DNA from: Pseudomonadota bacterium
GTDB taxonomy: Bacteria; Desulfobacterota; Desulfobacteria; Desulfobacterales; JAFDDL01
Length of the DNA stretch: 32,000 nt
Assembly (NCBI GenBank): GCA_043797445.1
Contig: JAZDPP010000092.1
Span: 1 to 32,000 of the forward strand
Direction of reading: 5' to 3'
A model generated the notes under the pieces. It did not search any database. It was not told where the DNA came from and worked only from the letters and a program-made list of their open reading frames with translations. Position numbers and translations under genes: made by a program. Of the stretch, positions 8,471 through 17,322 are shown one piece after another (the first letter of the stretch is position 1; each line of letters opens with the position of its first letter).

Positions 8471-10315
8471 ATGGCAAAAAAGTTTTTAGACCCGCACGAT
8501 GTTCCCAAGATCCCCGGCACCGAGGGGTGGGAGAGAATGTACCCCTACTATTACCAGTTTAACACGGACGACCCGGCCCGGGCGGCGCATGAAAGCAACC
8601 AGCTATGGTATTATGACGGTCTTCATTACCCCGAGCCGCACCCGCCTTTTGACCTGATGTGGGACGAGGCCTGGTTCATGGCGCTGTCCCAGAACAATAC
8701 CCGAACCTTTCTCGTTCCCCCGGCCAAAGGCATCGAACACCGGATTGTAAACGGATATGTTTATATAACGCCCATCGGCATTGCCGATCCAAAGGAGATC
8801 GAGTCGCGGGTACCCGTTTTTTTAAAACGGGCCGGCTACTACTATGATAACTGGGATACCCTCTATCAGGAGTGGGAAGCCCGGATGAAAACACTCTTAA
8901 TCGAGCTTGAATCCGTCTCCTTTCACCCCCTTCCGGAGGTAGAGGATGAATCGGTCGTTTTTGAAAAGAGAGGGACCGGAAGCGGGTATCATCTGCTGAA
9001 CAAATATGACGATCTGATCGATATGGGGTTTAAGTGCTGGCAATATCATTTTGAGATGCTCAATCTCTGCTATGCCGCCTTTCTGACCTTTACCAATACG
9101 GTGGACCAGATTTTCCCGAACACCCCCGTAGCAACCGTGACAAAGATGGTTTCCGGGATCGATGCCATGATCATGAGGCCCAATGCCGAACTGATCAAAC
9201 TGGCGAAGCTGGCGATTGAAAAGAAGGTCGAAGACCTCATTCTGGAACCCCTGGACGCTTCGGCGCTCATGGAAGCGCTCGGCAAGACGCCCGCCGGCGT
9301 GGAGTGGCTTACCGCACTGGAGGCGTCACGCTATCCCTGGTTTCATATTTCAACCGGCACGGGGTGGTATCATCACCATTGCAGCTGGAACGACGATCTC
9401 AATATCCCCATGGAAAACATTCGGATGCACATCAAGGCGTTAAAAGCGGGGAAAGTGATCGATCGGCCCACCGAAAGATTGATCGAGGAGCGGGATAAAA
9501 TCGTTAAGGAATACCGGGCCATGATTCAGACGGATGAAGACCGCGAGGCGTTCGACGAGACCCTTTCCATTGCCCGGCGGGTATTTCCCTTCGCGGAAAA
9601 CCATATCTTCTATGTCGAGAACTGGTTCCACAGTGTTTTTTGGAACAAAATAAGGCAGGTCGCCGATATTCTTCACGATATCGGTTTTATTAAAGACCGG
9701 GAAGATATCTGGTACCTGAGACGGGGGGAAATCCGGGACGCCCTGTGGGATCACGTGACCAGCTGGGCCACCGGAATTGAACCGCGAGGGCCGTTCCATT
9801 GGCCAAAGGAAATCGAATGGCGGAAAGGGGTTATCGAGAAATTCAGGCAGTGGACGCCGCCACCGGCTCTGGGAACTCCTCCCGACGTGGTCACCGAACC
9901 GTTTACGATCATGTTGTGGGGGGTCACGACGGATGTGTTAAAGAAATGGCTGGAGAGCACCGAAGCGGCCGCGGGAATGGATGACACCGATGAGTTGTTC
10001 GGAGCGCCCGGTTCCTCGGGTCTTGTGGAAGGAAAGGCGCGGGTTATCCGGACCGTTGCGGAGTTGAGCGATTTGCAGGAGGGGGAGATTTTAGTCGCCA
10101 CCACGACCTCACCCAGTTGGGCGCCCGCCTTTTCGAAAATCAAGGGTGCTGTCACGGATGTCGGCGGATCCATGTGCCATGCGGCGATCATCTGCCGTGA
10201 ATATGCCTTGCCGACGGTTGTGGGAACCGGGAGAGCCACTTCATTTATCAAAACGGGTGATTTGATTCGTCTGGATGGGGATCAGGGTACCATCAAGATT
10301 CTGAAACGGGCCTGA
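8471..10315 (+). CDS. ppsA: Phenylphosphate synthase subunit A-like protein with a C-terminal PEP-utilising phosphohistidine (swivel) domain
   Basis: 614 aa, RBS AAGGAGG. The C-terminal GEILVATTTSPSWAPAFSKIKGAVTDVGGSMCHAAIICREYALPTVVGTGRATSFIKTGDLIRLDGDQGTIKIL carries the catalytic-His motif at His570. No ATP-grasp domain on the same chain. Size matches the known 70 kDa subunit. This is phenylphosphate synthase ppsA, not the gluconeogenic pps gene. Confidence 0.75.
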   Translation: MAKKFLDPHDVPKIPGTEGWERMYPYYYQFNTDDPARAAHESNQLWYYDGLHYPEPHPPFDLMWDEAWFMALSQNNTRTFLVPPAKGIEHRIVNGYVYITPIGIADPKEIESRVPVFLKRAGYYYDNWDTLYQEWEARMKTLLIELESVSFHPLPEVEDESVVFEKRGTGSGYHLLNKYDDLIDMGFKCWQYHFEMLNLCYAAFLTFTNTVDQIFPNTPVATVTKMVSGIDAMIMRPNAELIKLAKLAIEKKVEDLILEPLDASALMEALGKTPAGVEWLTALEASRYPWFHISTGTGWYHHHCSWNDDLNIPMENIRMHIKALKAGKVIDRPTERLIEERDKIVKEYRAMIQTDEDREAFDETLSIARRVFPFAENHIFYVENWFHSVFWNKIRQVADILHDIGFIKDREDIWYLRRGEIRDALWDHVTSWATGIEPRGPFHWPKEIEWRKGVIEKFRQWTPPPALGTPPDVVTEPFTIMLWGVTTDVLKKWLESTEAAAGMDDTDELFGAPGSSGLVEGKARVIRTVAELSDLQEGEILVATTTSPSWAPAFSKIKGAVTDVGGSMCHAAIICREYALPTVVGTGRATSFIKTGDLIRLDGDQGTIKILKRA

Positions 10316-10376
10316 TTGGTTTGTCGGGGCGGTTCGCGAACCGCCCCGACAGGTTGCATTGAGGGCTGAAGGATTC

Positions 10377-11333
10377 TCATCGGCCGAGGCGCGTGGAATT
10401 GTTATCGCCCAAAATCAGGGAATGAATTCCCTTGATGGGTCTTTTTCCCCCCGTTATCTGCTCCAGGGTTTTAAGAAAGGCCCGGGCGGCGGGGGACAGC
10501 GGTTGGTTTTTTAAATAGGCGATGCTGACATCGATCGTGACGGTCTCTCCGATGATCGGACGGGTGGCGAGTCTCTCCTGTTTGATTTCCGCGTCCACCG
10601 CTCCTCTGACCAGGAAGGAAATTCCCTCGCCCCGTTCGACGAATTGTTTGATAAAATCGGCGTTGGCCGTTTCCATCAGAATGTTGGGAGTGCAGCCATG
10701 GCGTGCGTAGAGTTCGTTGACCACCCGTCTCGTTTTTGAGCCGGTCTCTTTCAGGATGACCGGTTCATTGGAAATTTCTTCGAAAGTGACGCTTTTTTTG
10801 CGGACCAAAGGATGTCCGGGCGGAAGCAGCAGAATCAATTCCTCCTCGCTGAAAGGGATAAATTCCACATCCGGTGCATCGACTACCTTGGCGATAATTG
10901 CCACCTCGTTTTTCAGCTCCGGAAGGCTTTTGATCATATCCGTGGAGCTGCCCTCGTCCAGATGTATTTCGATATGGCGATACTTCGCGTGAAAATCCCG
11001 CATCAGAAACGGCATGATGTAACGGGCGTAGGTTTTGCTGGTGCCGAGGCGCAGGACGCCGCGCTTGAGGCCTCGTAGATCCGCGATGAGGGTCTCGACT
11101 TCCTTTTCGTGCTCAAAGATCGGCCGGACACTTTCGTAGAGCGCTTTTCCCTCGTCGGTCATGCAGATGCTTCGGCCACGCTTTTTAAATAACTCAAGTT
11201 CACAGTATTCCTCGAAAGCCTTTATTTGCGCCGTGACGGCCGGCTGGGTGATAAAGAGCTCTTTTGCGGCGGCAGTAAAGCTCAGGTTCTTTGCCACATA
11301 ATAGAATGCTCTGATCTGATTTAAATTGAGCAT
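10377..11333 (-). CDS. LysR-family transcriptional regulator
   Basis: MLNLNQIRAFYYVAKNLSFTAAAKELFITQPAVTAQIKAFEEYCELELFKKRGRSICMTDEG (LysR HTH) followed by an effector-binding domain. The ORF opens upstream to 11519 but the family start fits ATG at 11333. Confidence 0.95.
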   Translation of the reverse strand: MLNLNQIRAFYYVAKNLSFTAAAKELFITQPAVTAQIKAFEEYCELELFKKRGRSICMTDEGKALYESVRPIFEHEKEVETLIADLRGLKRGVLRLGTSKTYARYIMPFLMRDFHAKYRHIEIHLDEGSSTDMIKSLPELKNEVAIIAKVVDAPDVEFIPFSEEELILLLPPGHPLVRKKSVTFEEISNEPVILKETGSKTRRVVNELYARHGCTPNILMETANADFIKQFVERGEGISFLVRGAVDAEIKQERLATRPIIGETVTIDVSIAYLKNQPLSPAARAFLKTLEQITGGKRPIKGIHSLILGDNNSTRLGR

Positions 11334-11664
11334 GTGACGCTTCTCCATCGGGCTTGGGGCATTGGGCTGCCTTCCTTTTGGAAGTAAAGAGGAAACGGTT
11401 GGAACGACCGGTGTGCCGGACGTGCTCAACCCATAAGTTCTCCTGATAAATAGCATAAGGATAATGAAATTGACATCATATTTTATTTCAGTCATCCTGC
11501 AACTTAAAAACGTGGCCATATGAAGGCCGCTTCCGTTGCCATATCACGTTTTACCCAACTGCTCGTGTTTTTAAAATAAAATCATACCCCCTCATTCAAG
11601 GGGCACCGATTAACGGGGCGAATTTTTCGCTTCACTTATAAACCCTGTAAAGGAGGAAAACACC

Positions 11665-13071
11665 ATGAAGGACATGAGAGATTATCTGTCAATTTGTGAA
11701 GAAAAAGGGTTATTAAAAAGAATTACGGCGGAAGTTGACCCGTACCTGGAATTGTCCCATATCGCAAAATTAAACGAGGAAGCCCAGGGGCCGGCCCTCT
11801 TGTTCGAAAATGTGAAGGGCCATAATACACCTGTTCTTACCAGTGCCAGTACAACGGTTCAACGTCTGGCCATTATCATGGGTGAGCCTGAAAATTCAAG
11901 CCTTTTTGATCTCTATGCAGCATGGGCGGAAAAGGCAAAAAGTCCGATCAAACCAAAATATGTGGATAGAAGTCAGGCGCCCTGCAAGCAAAACATCATG
12001 ATGGGGGATGATATAGATCTGACTATGTTTCCGGTTCCCCATTATTATCCTCTGGATGGCGGCAAATATTATGGGACCGCACACTTCATCATTACCAAAG
12101 ATCCTGATTCCGGATGGGTTAATCTGGGAACCTATCGAAGCCAGCTGCTGGGTAAAGACAAACTCGGCACCCAGTTCATCAAAGGCAAACATGCCGATAT
12201 CATGCTCAAAAAATACCAGGCACTGAAACAACCCATGCCCGTTGCCTCCATTTGCGGATGCGACCCCATCTTATTTTTAGTGGGAGCCGCCAGGATTGGC
12301 GCCTTTACCAGTGAATTGGAGGTGGCCGGCGCTTTCCGGGGTGAACCCATAGAAGTGGTCAAAGGAGAAGTGGTGGATCTGCCCATTCCCGCCCATGCGG
12401 AAATCGTGGTGGAAGGATTTGTGGATGCGGATAAGTTTATGGAAGAAGGCCCCTTTGGTGAATATACCGGGTATTACTCCGGTGTGGGGACGGATCCCAG
12501 AAACTTTATCGATGTGAAATGTATCACCTATAGAAACAATCCGATATTCTGGGGAACAACCGTTGGTCGTGCGGTAACCGATTCGCATATGACCCTGGCG
12601 TTGTCCTATGGCGCCACCCTCTGGCAGCAACTTAATGAAATGAGGATACCGGGTTTGAAAAATTGTTATTGCCCCCCCGAAGCTGCCGGCAGATTCCTTG
12701 CGATTATCTCCGTAAAACAGATGTTCCCGGGGCATGTCGACCAGGTGCTCACCGCGGCTATTTCAACGGAAATGGGCGCCTATGGGCTTAAAACCGTCAT
12801 TGTGGTGGATGACGATATTGATTCATGGGACATCCCAAGGGTCATGTATGCCATGAGTTTCAGATTCCAGCCAAACCGTTGCCAGATCATCAAGAGAGGC
12901 CGGTCTACCCCGCTTGATCCTTCTCTGCCCATCGATGCCAGATGGATTACCGGAAGACTTCTCATGGATTGTACGATTCCCTATGAGTGGGAAGAAAAAC
13001 CCATTCAGATCAAACTGGATGATGCCATGGTTAAACATGTGAAAGAGAGATGGGCGGAGCTTGGGCTCTAA
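11665..13071 (+). CDS. UbiD-family (prenylated-FMN-dependent) decarboxylase/carboxylase
   Basis: 468 aa, RBS AAAGGAGG. MRDYLSICEEKGLLKRITAEVDPYLELSHI, MEEGPFGEYTGYYS, QMFPGHVDQVL, VVVDDDIDSWDIPRVMYAM and the C-terminal KRGRSTPLDPS...DARWITGRLLMDCT are UbiD-family patterns. Confidence 0.95.
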   Translation: MKDMRDYLSICEEKGLLKRITAEVDPYLELSHIAKLNEEAQGPALLFENVKGHNTPVLTSASTTVQRLAIIMGEPENSSLFDLYAAWAEKAKSPIKPKYVDRSQAPCKQNIMMGDDIDLTMFPVPHYYPLDGGKYYGTAHFIITKDPDSGWVNLGTYRSQLLGKDKLGTQFIKGKHADIMLKKYQALKQPMPVASICGCDPILFLVGAARIGAFTSELEVAGAFRGEPIEVVKGEVVDLPIPAHAEIVVEGFVDADKFMEEGPFGEYTGYYSGVGTDPRNFIDVKCITYRNNPIFWGTTVGRAVTDSHMTLALSYGATLWQQLNEMRIPGLKNCYCPPEAAGRFLAIISVKQMFPGHVDQVLTAAISTEMGAYGLKTVIVVDDDIDSWDIPRVMYAMSFRFQPNRCQIIKRGRSTPLDPSLPIDARWITGRLLMDCTIPYEWEEKPIQIKLDDAMVKHVKERWAELGL

Positions 13072-13242
13072 AAAGGCTTGATCCGTCATTCCATTACGGT
13101 CTTGCGGGCGAGAATTGTTCCGACATTCCTCCCGCAAGGCTTATGGAAGTCTTCATGCATGCAAAACACTTGCTGCCTAAAGGGAATTTGAAAACCTAAA
13201 ACCATCACACGAGTGTGGGTTGCATCAACCGGAGGGGCAAAA

Positions 13243-14307
13243 ATGGTAGAAAAAGAAAAACGAATGACGATTTGGTACGATGAACTCAAAGGTGAGGAGT
13301 ACCATCTTGTCGGTAAGAAAAATGCCAACCTGGGAGAGATGATAAAGGCGGGGATTCGCGTGAGCCCCGGGTTTGCCCTGACCGTTCATGCCAACGAGGT
13401 GTTTGTTTCCGAGACGGGCATTAAACAGAAACTCGAAGACTATCTTAACGACCTAGGTCCGGTGAGTTACGAGAAGAGTCAGCAGGCGAGCCAATACGCC
13501 ATCGATCTGATTGAAAACGCCGAGATACCGCCGGTGATCTGCGATGAAGTTTTTCGGGAATACGAGAAGCTTTGCAGTCTGTCCGGTGTCGAAAACGTGC
13601 CGGTTGCGGTCCGATCCAGCGGAGCCGTTTCCATGCCCGGTCAGATGGAGACTTACCTGAATATTCGCGGGAAAAACGATTTACTTCTCTATATCAAAAA
13701 GACCTGGTCCAGCGCCTATTCCGTCGAAGCCATTACCTATCGGATGAACAAGGGAATGGGGTTTATGCTCAATATCGGCGTGGGGATTCCCAAGATGGTC
13801 AATTCCCGGCTTTCAGGCGTTATTTTTACCTTAAACCCCCTAAACGGGGACCGGTCCAAGATATCTGTTGATGTGAGTTACGGTCTGGGCGAGGCCGTTG
13901 TGAGCGGTATGGTGACACCTGACAATTACCTGGTGGAAAAGGTAACGCTGCAGGTGATCAGCTCGGTGATGGGGGGGAAGGAATCCATGTGTGTCTACCA
14001 GGACGGCGAGAGCAATATCAAGATCGTGGATGTGGCCCAAGAGGACCGCGTGAGATATTGCATTACGCCGGCGGAGCTGACGGAACTTTGCCGTATCGCC
14101 AAGTCCATCGATGTTTACTATGGAAAACCCTATGATATTGAATTCGCGATCGATTGGGATCTGCCGTTCCCCGAGAATGTGATTATTCTCCAGGTCAGGC
14201 CCGAATCGGTCTGGTCCAAGAAGGAGACCCAGCCAAGGACCGCCAAAAAGAAAGATGTTATGGACAGGATTATCAGTCAATTGGTTACGGGCGTCAGAGT
14301 GAAGTAG
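13243..14307 (+). CDS. ppsB: PEP synthase-like ATP/PPDK_N-domain protein, phenylphosphate synthase subunit B-like
   Basis: 354 aa from ATG 13243 with RBS GGAGGGG. VGKKNANLGEMIKAGIRVSPGFALTV, VPVAVRSSGAVSMPGQMETYLN, GLGEAVVSGMVTPDNYLV, YDIEFAIDWDLPFPENVIILQVRPESV; the ATP-binding half only, no phosphohistidine domain. Confidence 0.8.
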   Translation: MVEKEKRMTIWYDELKGEEYHLVGKKNANLGEMIKAGIRVSPGFALTVHANEVFVSETGIKQKLEDYLNDLGPVSYEKSQQASQYAIDLIENAEIPPVICDEVFREYEKLCSLSGVENVPVAVRSSGAVSMPGQMETYLNIRGKNDLLLYIKKTWSSAYSVEAITYRMNKGMGFMLNIGVGIPKMVNSRLSGVIFTLNPLNGDRSKISVDVSYGLGEAVVSGMVTPDNYLVEKVTLQVISSVMGGKESMCVYQDGESNIKIVDVAQEDRVRYCITPAELTELCRIAKSIDVYYGKPYDIEFAIDWDLPFPENVIILQVRPESVWSKKETQPRTAKKKDVMDRIISQLVTGVRVK

Positions 14308-14326
14308 TAACTATAAGGAGGAACCA

Positions 14327-15979
14327 TTGAAACCGATTCGCTATAAAGAAAAAATGATAAACGAGTTTGTAGAAGACGGCCACTGGACGCAGGAGCTGTT
14401 TTACGATTTCTGGGACCGAAACGCCCGGGAGTTTGGAGACCGGGAAGCCCTTGTCGATTCAAAGCACCGGATCACCTGGGCCGAAGCGAAAAAGCTGGTG
14501 GATGCCATGGCCATTACGTGGGTGGAAATGGGAATCGCCAAGGATTCGCGCATCATCATTCAATCGCCTAACAGCGTGTTCGGATTTCTCGCCCGGATTG
14601 CCTGCGAGCGCGCCGGTTGCATTTCCCTGACCGTCTATCCGTATTTGCGTCAGTTGGAACTGGAGTATATGCTGGAGAAGACCGAAGCCACAGCCGTGGT
14701 GATTCCCAGTGTTTATCGGGGATTTGACTATCTGGACATGTACCGGGGCCTGCAGGAGCGGTTTACCCATCTAAAATACTTCTTCCTCTTTGACGATCAG
14801 GTGCCGGCCGGCGCGCCGAAGGGCGCCTACTCGCTGACAACGACGGTTCAGGAGCGCGCGAAAAAGCCGGTGGATGCGTCGGTTCTGGACGCCCGACGGC
14901 TTAGCGCCTGGGGTGATGTGGCGCTATTGACGACCACCTCCGGCACGACCGGTATTCCCAAGCTCGTTGAATATCCCGCGGCTCCCCGAGTCTGTACCTC
15001 CAAGGGCAGAGTCGATATCTGGAAACTCACCAAGGACGATATTGCCGTGGCCATCGCGCCCCATGCCGGCGGTGCCGCGGGGACGTTGACCTATTTTGCA
15101 GCACCTCTTGCGGGCGCCAAAACCGTCATGCTGGAGGAATTCGAACCGGAAGCGGCTCTCGCTCTGATGGAAAAGGAAAAGGCCACGGCCATCGGCGTGG
15201 TGCCCACCCACCTGATTCGAATGCTCGAGTGCGATATCTCCAAATATGATTTGAGTTCTCTTCGCTTTATTCGCTCCGCCGGTGGATATCTTCCTCCGCA
15301 AGTTGCGGAAGAGGCGGAAAATGCGTTCGGGGCCTCCATCACGAGTGATCTGGGTACCCAGGATATGGGATCCGTGTCCGGATGCCGGGTGGAAGACAGC
15401 AAGGATTTACGTCGCCGGACCGTCGGGCGCATGCTGCCGGGCAATAAGGTTCGTCTTCTGGATAAAGACACTAAAAAAGAGGTACCCGAAGGAGAGCCCG
15501 GTGTGCTCTACTTCAGAGGACCCCATGCCCCGGCCGGCTATTTCCGGGATGAGAAATTGACCGCGACGGTATTCGACGATGAGGGGTGGACCACGACGAG
15601 TGATATCGTGAAATTCGATCAGGGGTGTCTCTGGATTCTGGGTCGTGCGAAAGACATGATCATTCGGGGCGGACAGAACCTCTATCCGGCGGAAATTGAG
15701 GGATTATTGAACGGCCATCCCAAAATTGCCTCCGTGGCCGTCGTGGGGTATCCGGATCGCCTGATGGGGGAAAGAGCTTGCGCCTATGTCATTCCCAAAA
15801 AGGGTCAGACGTTTATCTTTCAGGAGATGGTCGATTTTCTTAAATCCAAGAAACTGGCCATGTTCAAAATTCCCGAGCGTCTGGAGATCGTCTCGGAGTT
15901 TCCGGCTGTCGGGGATTCCGGAAAGGTCAACAAGGAAGTATTGAAGAAAGATATCGCTGAAAAAGTAAAGGCGGGGTGA
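14327..15979 (+). CDS. AMP-dependent acyl/aryl-CoA ligase (dihydroxybenzoate-AMP ligase/CoA ligase-like)
   Basis: 550 aa from TTG start with RBS AAGGAGG. LLTTTSGTTGIPKLVEY (P-loop), TSDIVKFDQGCLWILGRAKDMIIRGGQNLYPAEIE and GDSGKVNKEVLKKDI are ANL-superfamily motifs. Confidence 0.93.
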   Translation: MKPIRYKEKMINEFVEDGHWTQELFYDFWDRNAREFGDREALVDSKHRITWAEAKKLVDAMAITWVEMGIAKDSRIIIQSPNSVFGFLARIACERAGCISLTVYPYLRQLELEYMLEKTEATAVVIPSVYRGFDYLDMYRGLQERFTHLKYFFLFDDQVPAGAPKGAYSLTTTVQERAKKPVDASVLDARRLSAWGDVALLTTTSGTTGIPKLVEYPAAPRVCTSKGRVDIWKLTKDDIAVAIAPHAGGAAGTLTYFAAPLAGAKTVMLEEFEPEAALALMEKEKATAIGVVPTHLIRMLECDISKYDLSSLRFIRSAGGYLPPQVAEEAENAFGASITSDLGTQDMGSVSGCRVEDSKDLRRRTVGRMLPGNKVRLLDKDTKKEVPEGEPGVLYFRGPHAPAGYFRDEKLTATVFDDEGWTTTSDIVKFDQGCLWILGRAKDMIIRGGQNLYPAEIEGLLNGHPKIASVAVVGYPDRLMGERACAYVIPKKGQTFIFQEMVDFLKSKKLAMFKIPERLEIVSEFPAVGDSGKVNKEVLKKDIAEKVKAG

Positions 15980-15983
15980 TCGA

Positions 15984-17195
15984 ATGCCGAAAACCGTACT
16001 GATTCTCTCGACGCTGGACACAAAGAGTGAAGAAACTCTCTATTTGCGGCAAAAAATAGAGTCAATCGGTCTCGGAAACTTAGTGATGGATCTCTCCATG
16101 CGTGGCGACAGCGCCTGGCCGGCGGATATTACACCGGCACAGGTTGCCGTTGCCGGCGGCAGTTCACTGGAAGAGATTCGAAGCTCCCGGGATCGATCTA
16201 AAAATACCCGTATTACCACCGCCGGCGCTTCGAAAATCGCCGGTGAGCTATTCAGACAGGGTCGAATCGCCGGTGTGCTCGCCATCGGCGGCTCGACCGG
16301 CTCTCTCATGGCAACCGACGTCATGCGCACACTCCCCTTCGGGGTGCCCAAGCTCATGATCTCCTCCACCGCCGCCTTGCCGGGACTTGCCACCCGGTAT
16401 ATCGGAACCGGAGACATCCTGCTCTTTCACTCCGTCATTGAAGTGGCCGGGGTCACGGATCTATTGAAAAACGTGGTGGACAGAGCGGTCCACGCCATGG
16501 CCGGTATGCTTTCGGAGGGAATTACCCCGCCGTTCAGCCGCGCTGGAAAGGCCATAGCCATTACCATGCTCAGCCCCTGCGAACAATGCGCCAGTGCAGT
16601 TCGGGACGCCCTGGAAAAGGACGGGTATCAGGTGATCGGCTATTCGGCGGCGGGTGTCGGTGACCGGGCCATGGAGGAGATGATATCCCAGGGCCTCTTC
16701 CACGGGGTCATCGATCTTGCGCCCGGCGGGGTGGGGGAGCATCTGTTTGGCTATATGCGGGATGCGGGTCCCGACCGGATGGAGTCCGCGGGCCGCAAGG
16801 GCATTGCGCAGGTGATCTCCACCTGCAGCGTAAACCACATGACGCCGTCCAAGAACAAGTATAAGCCGGATTTTTACGAGCGCAGAAAATACGACCTTGA
16901 CAAGTTCCGCTCCTGGGTGCGCTTATCGCCCGAAGAGTTAAAGACCGTGGCAGGGGTGTTTGCGCAGAAGCTGAACGGCGCCAGAGGACCCGTAAAGGTA
17001 TTGATTCCCTCCAGGGGGTGGTCATCGGTGGATATTCCCGGAAACCCAACCTATGATCCCGACGAGGACCGCATCTTTGTGAAGGAGCTTCGGTTATTGC
17101 TTGACTCAAAAATAGAATTGGTTGAGATTGAGGCGAACATGGAAGAGCCCGTGTTTGCCGAGGCGGTGGTTCGGGTTGCAAGGGAAATTTTTTGA
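15984..17195 (+). CDS. Tm-1-like ATP-binding domain protein (UPF0261)
   Basis: 403 aa: VLILSTLDTKSEETLYLRQKIESIG, GGSTGSLMATDVMRTLPFGVPKLMISSTA, YIGTGDILLFHSVIEVAG, GVIDLAPGGVGEHLFG, IPSRGWSSVDIPG. Starts 4 bp after the ligase stop. Confidence 0.9.
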   Translation: MPKTVLILSTLDTKSEETLYLRQKIESIGLGNLVMDLSMRGDSAWPADITPAQVAVAGGSSLEEIRSSRDRSKNTRITTAGASKIAGELFRQGRIAGVLAIGGSTGSLMATDVMRTLPFGVPKLMISSTAALPGLATRYIGTGDILLFHSVIEVAGVTDLLKNVVDRAVHAMAGMLSEGITPPFSRAGKAIAITMLSPCEQCASAVRDALEKDGYQVIGYSAAGVGDRAMEEMISQGLFHGVIDLAPGGVGEHLFGYMRDAGPDRMESAGRKGIAQVISTCSVNHMTPSKNKYKPDFYERRKYDLDKFRSWVRLSPEELKTVAGVFAQKLNGARGPVKVLIPSRGWSSVDIPGNPTYDPDEDRIFVKELRLLLDSKIELVEIEANMEEPVFAEAVVRVAREIF

Positions 17196-17322
17196 CATCC
17201 TGGCATTGATCATTTTTTCTAAAAACCGGAACACGGCGTTGCAGGGGCGAAAATAAGTCTCCATTACGGGTTGCAGCCGGTGCGGGATGTTTTCCATTTA
17301 TTACTATAATGAAAGGTGAATT

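Noticed and set aside
9440-10251. Minus-strand ORFs 9440-9799 and 9751-10251
   Set aside because: Antisense shadows of the PpsA-like coding sequence, which has clear family motifs and an RBS.
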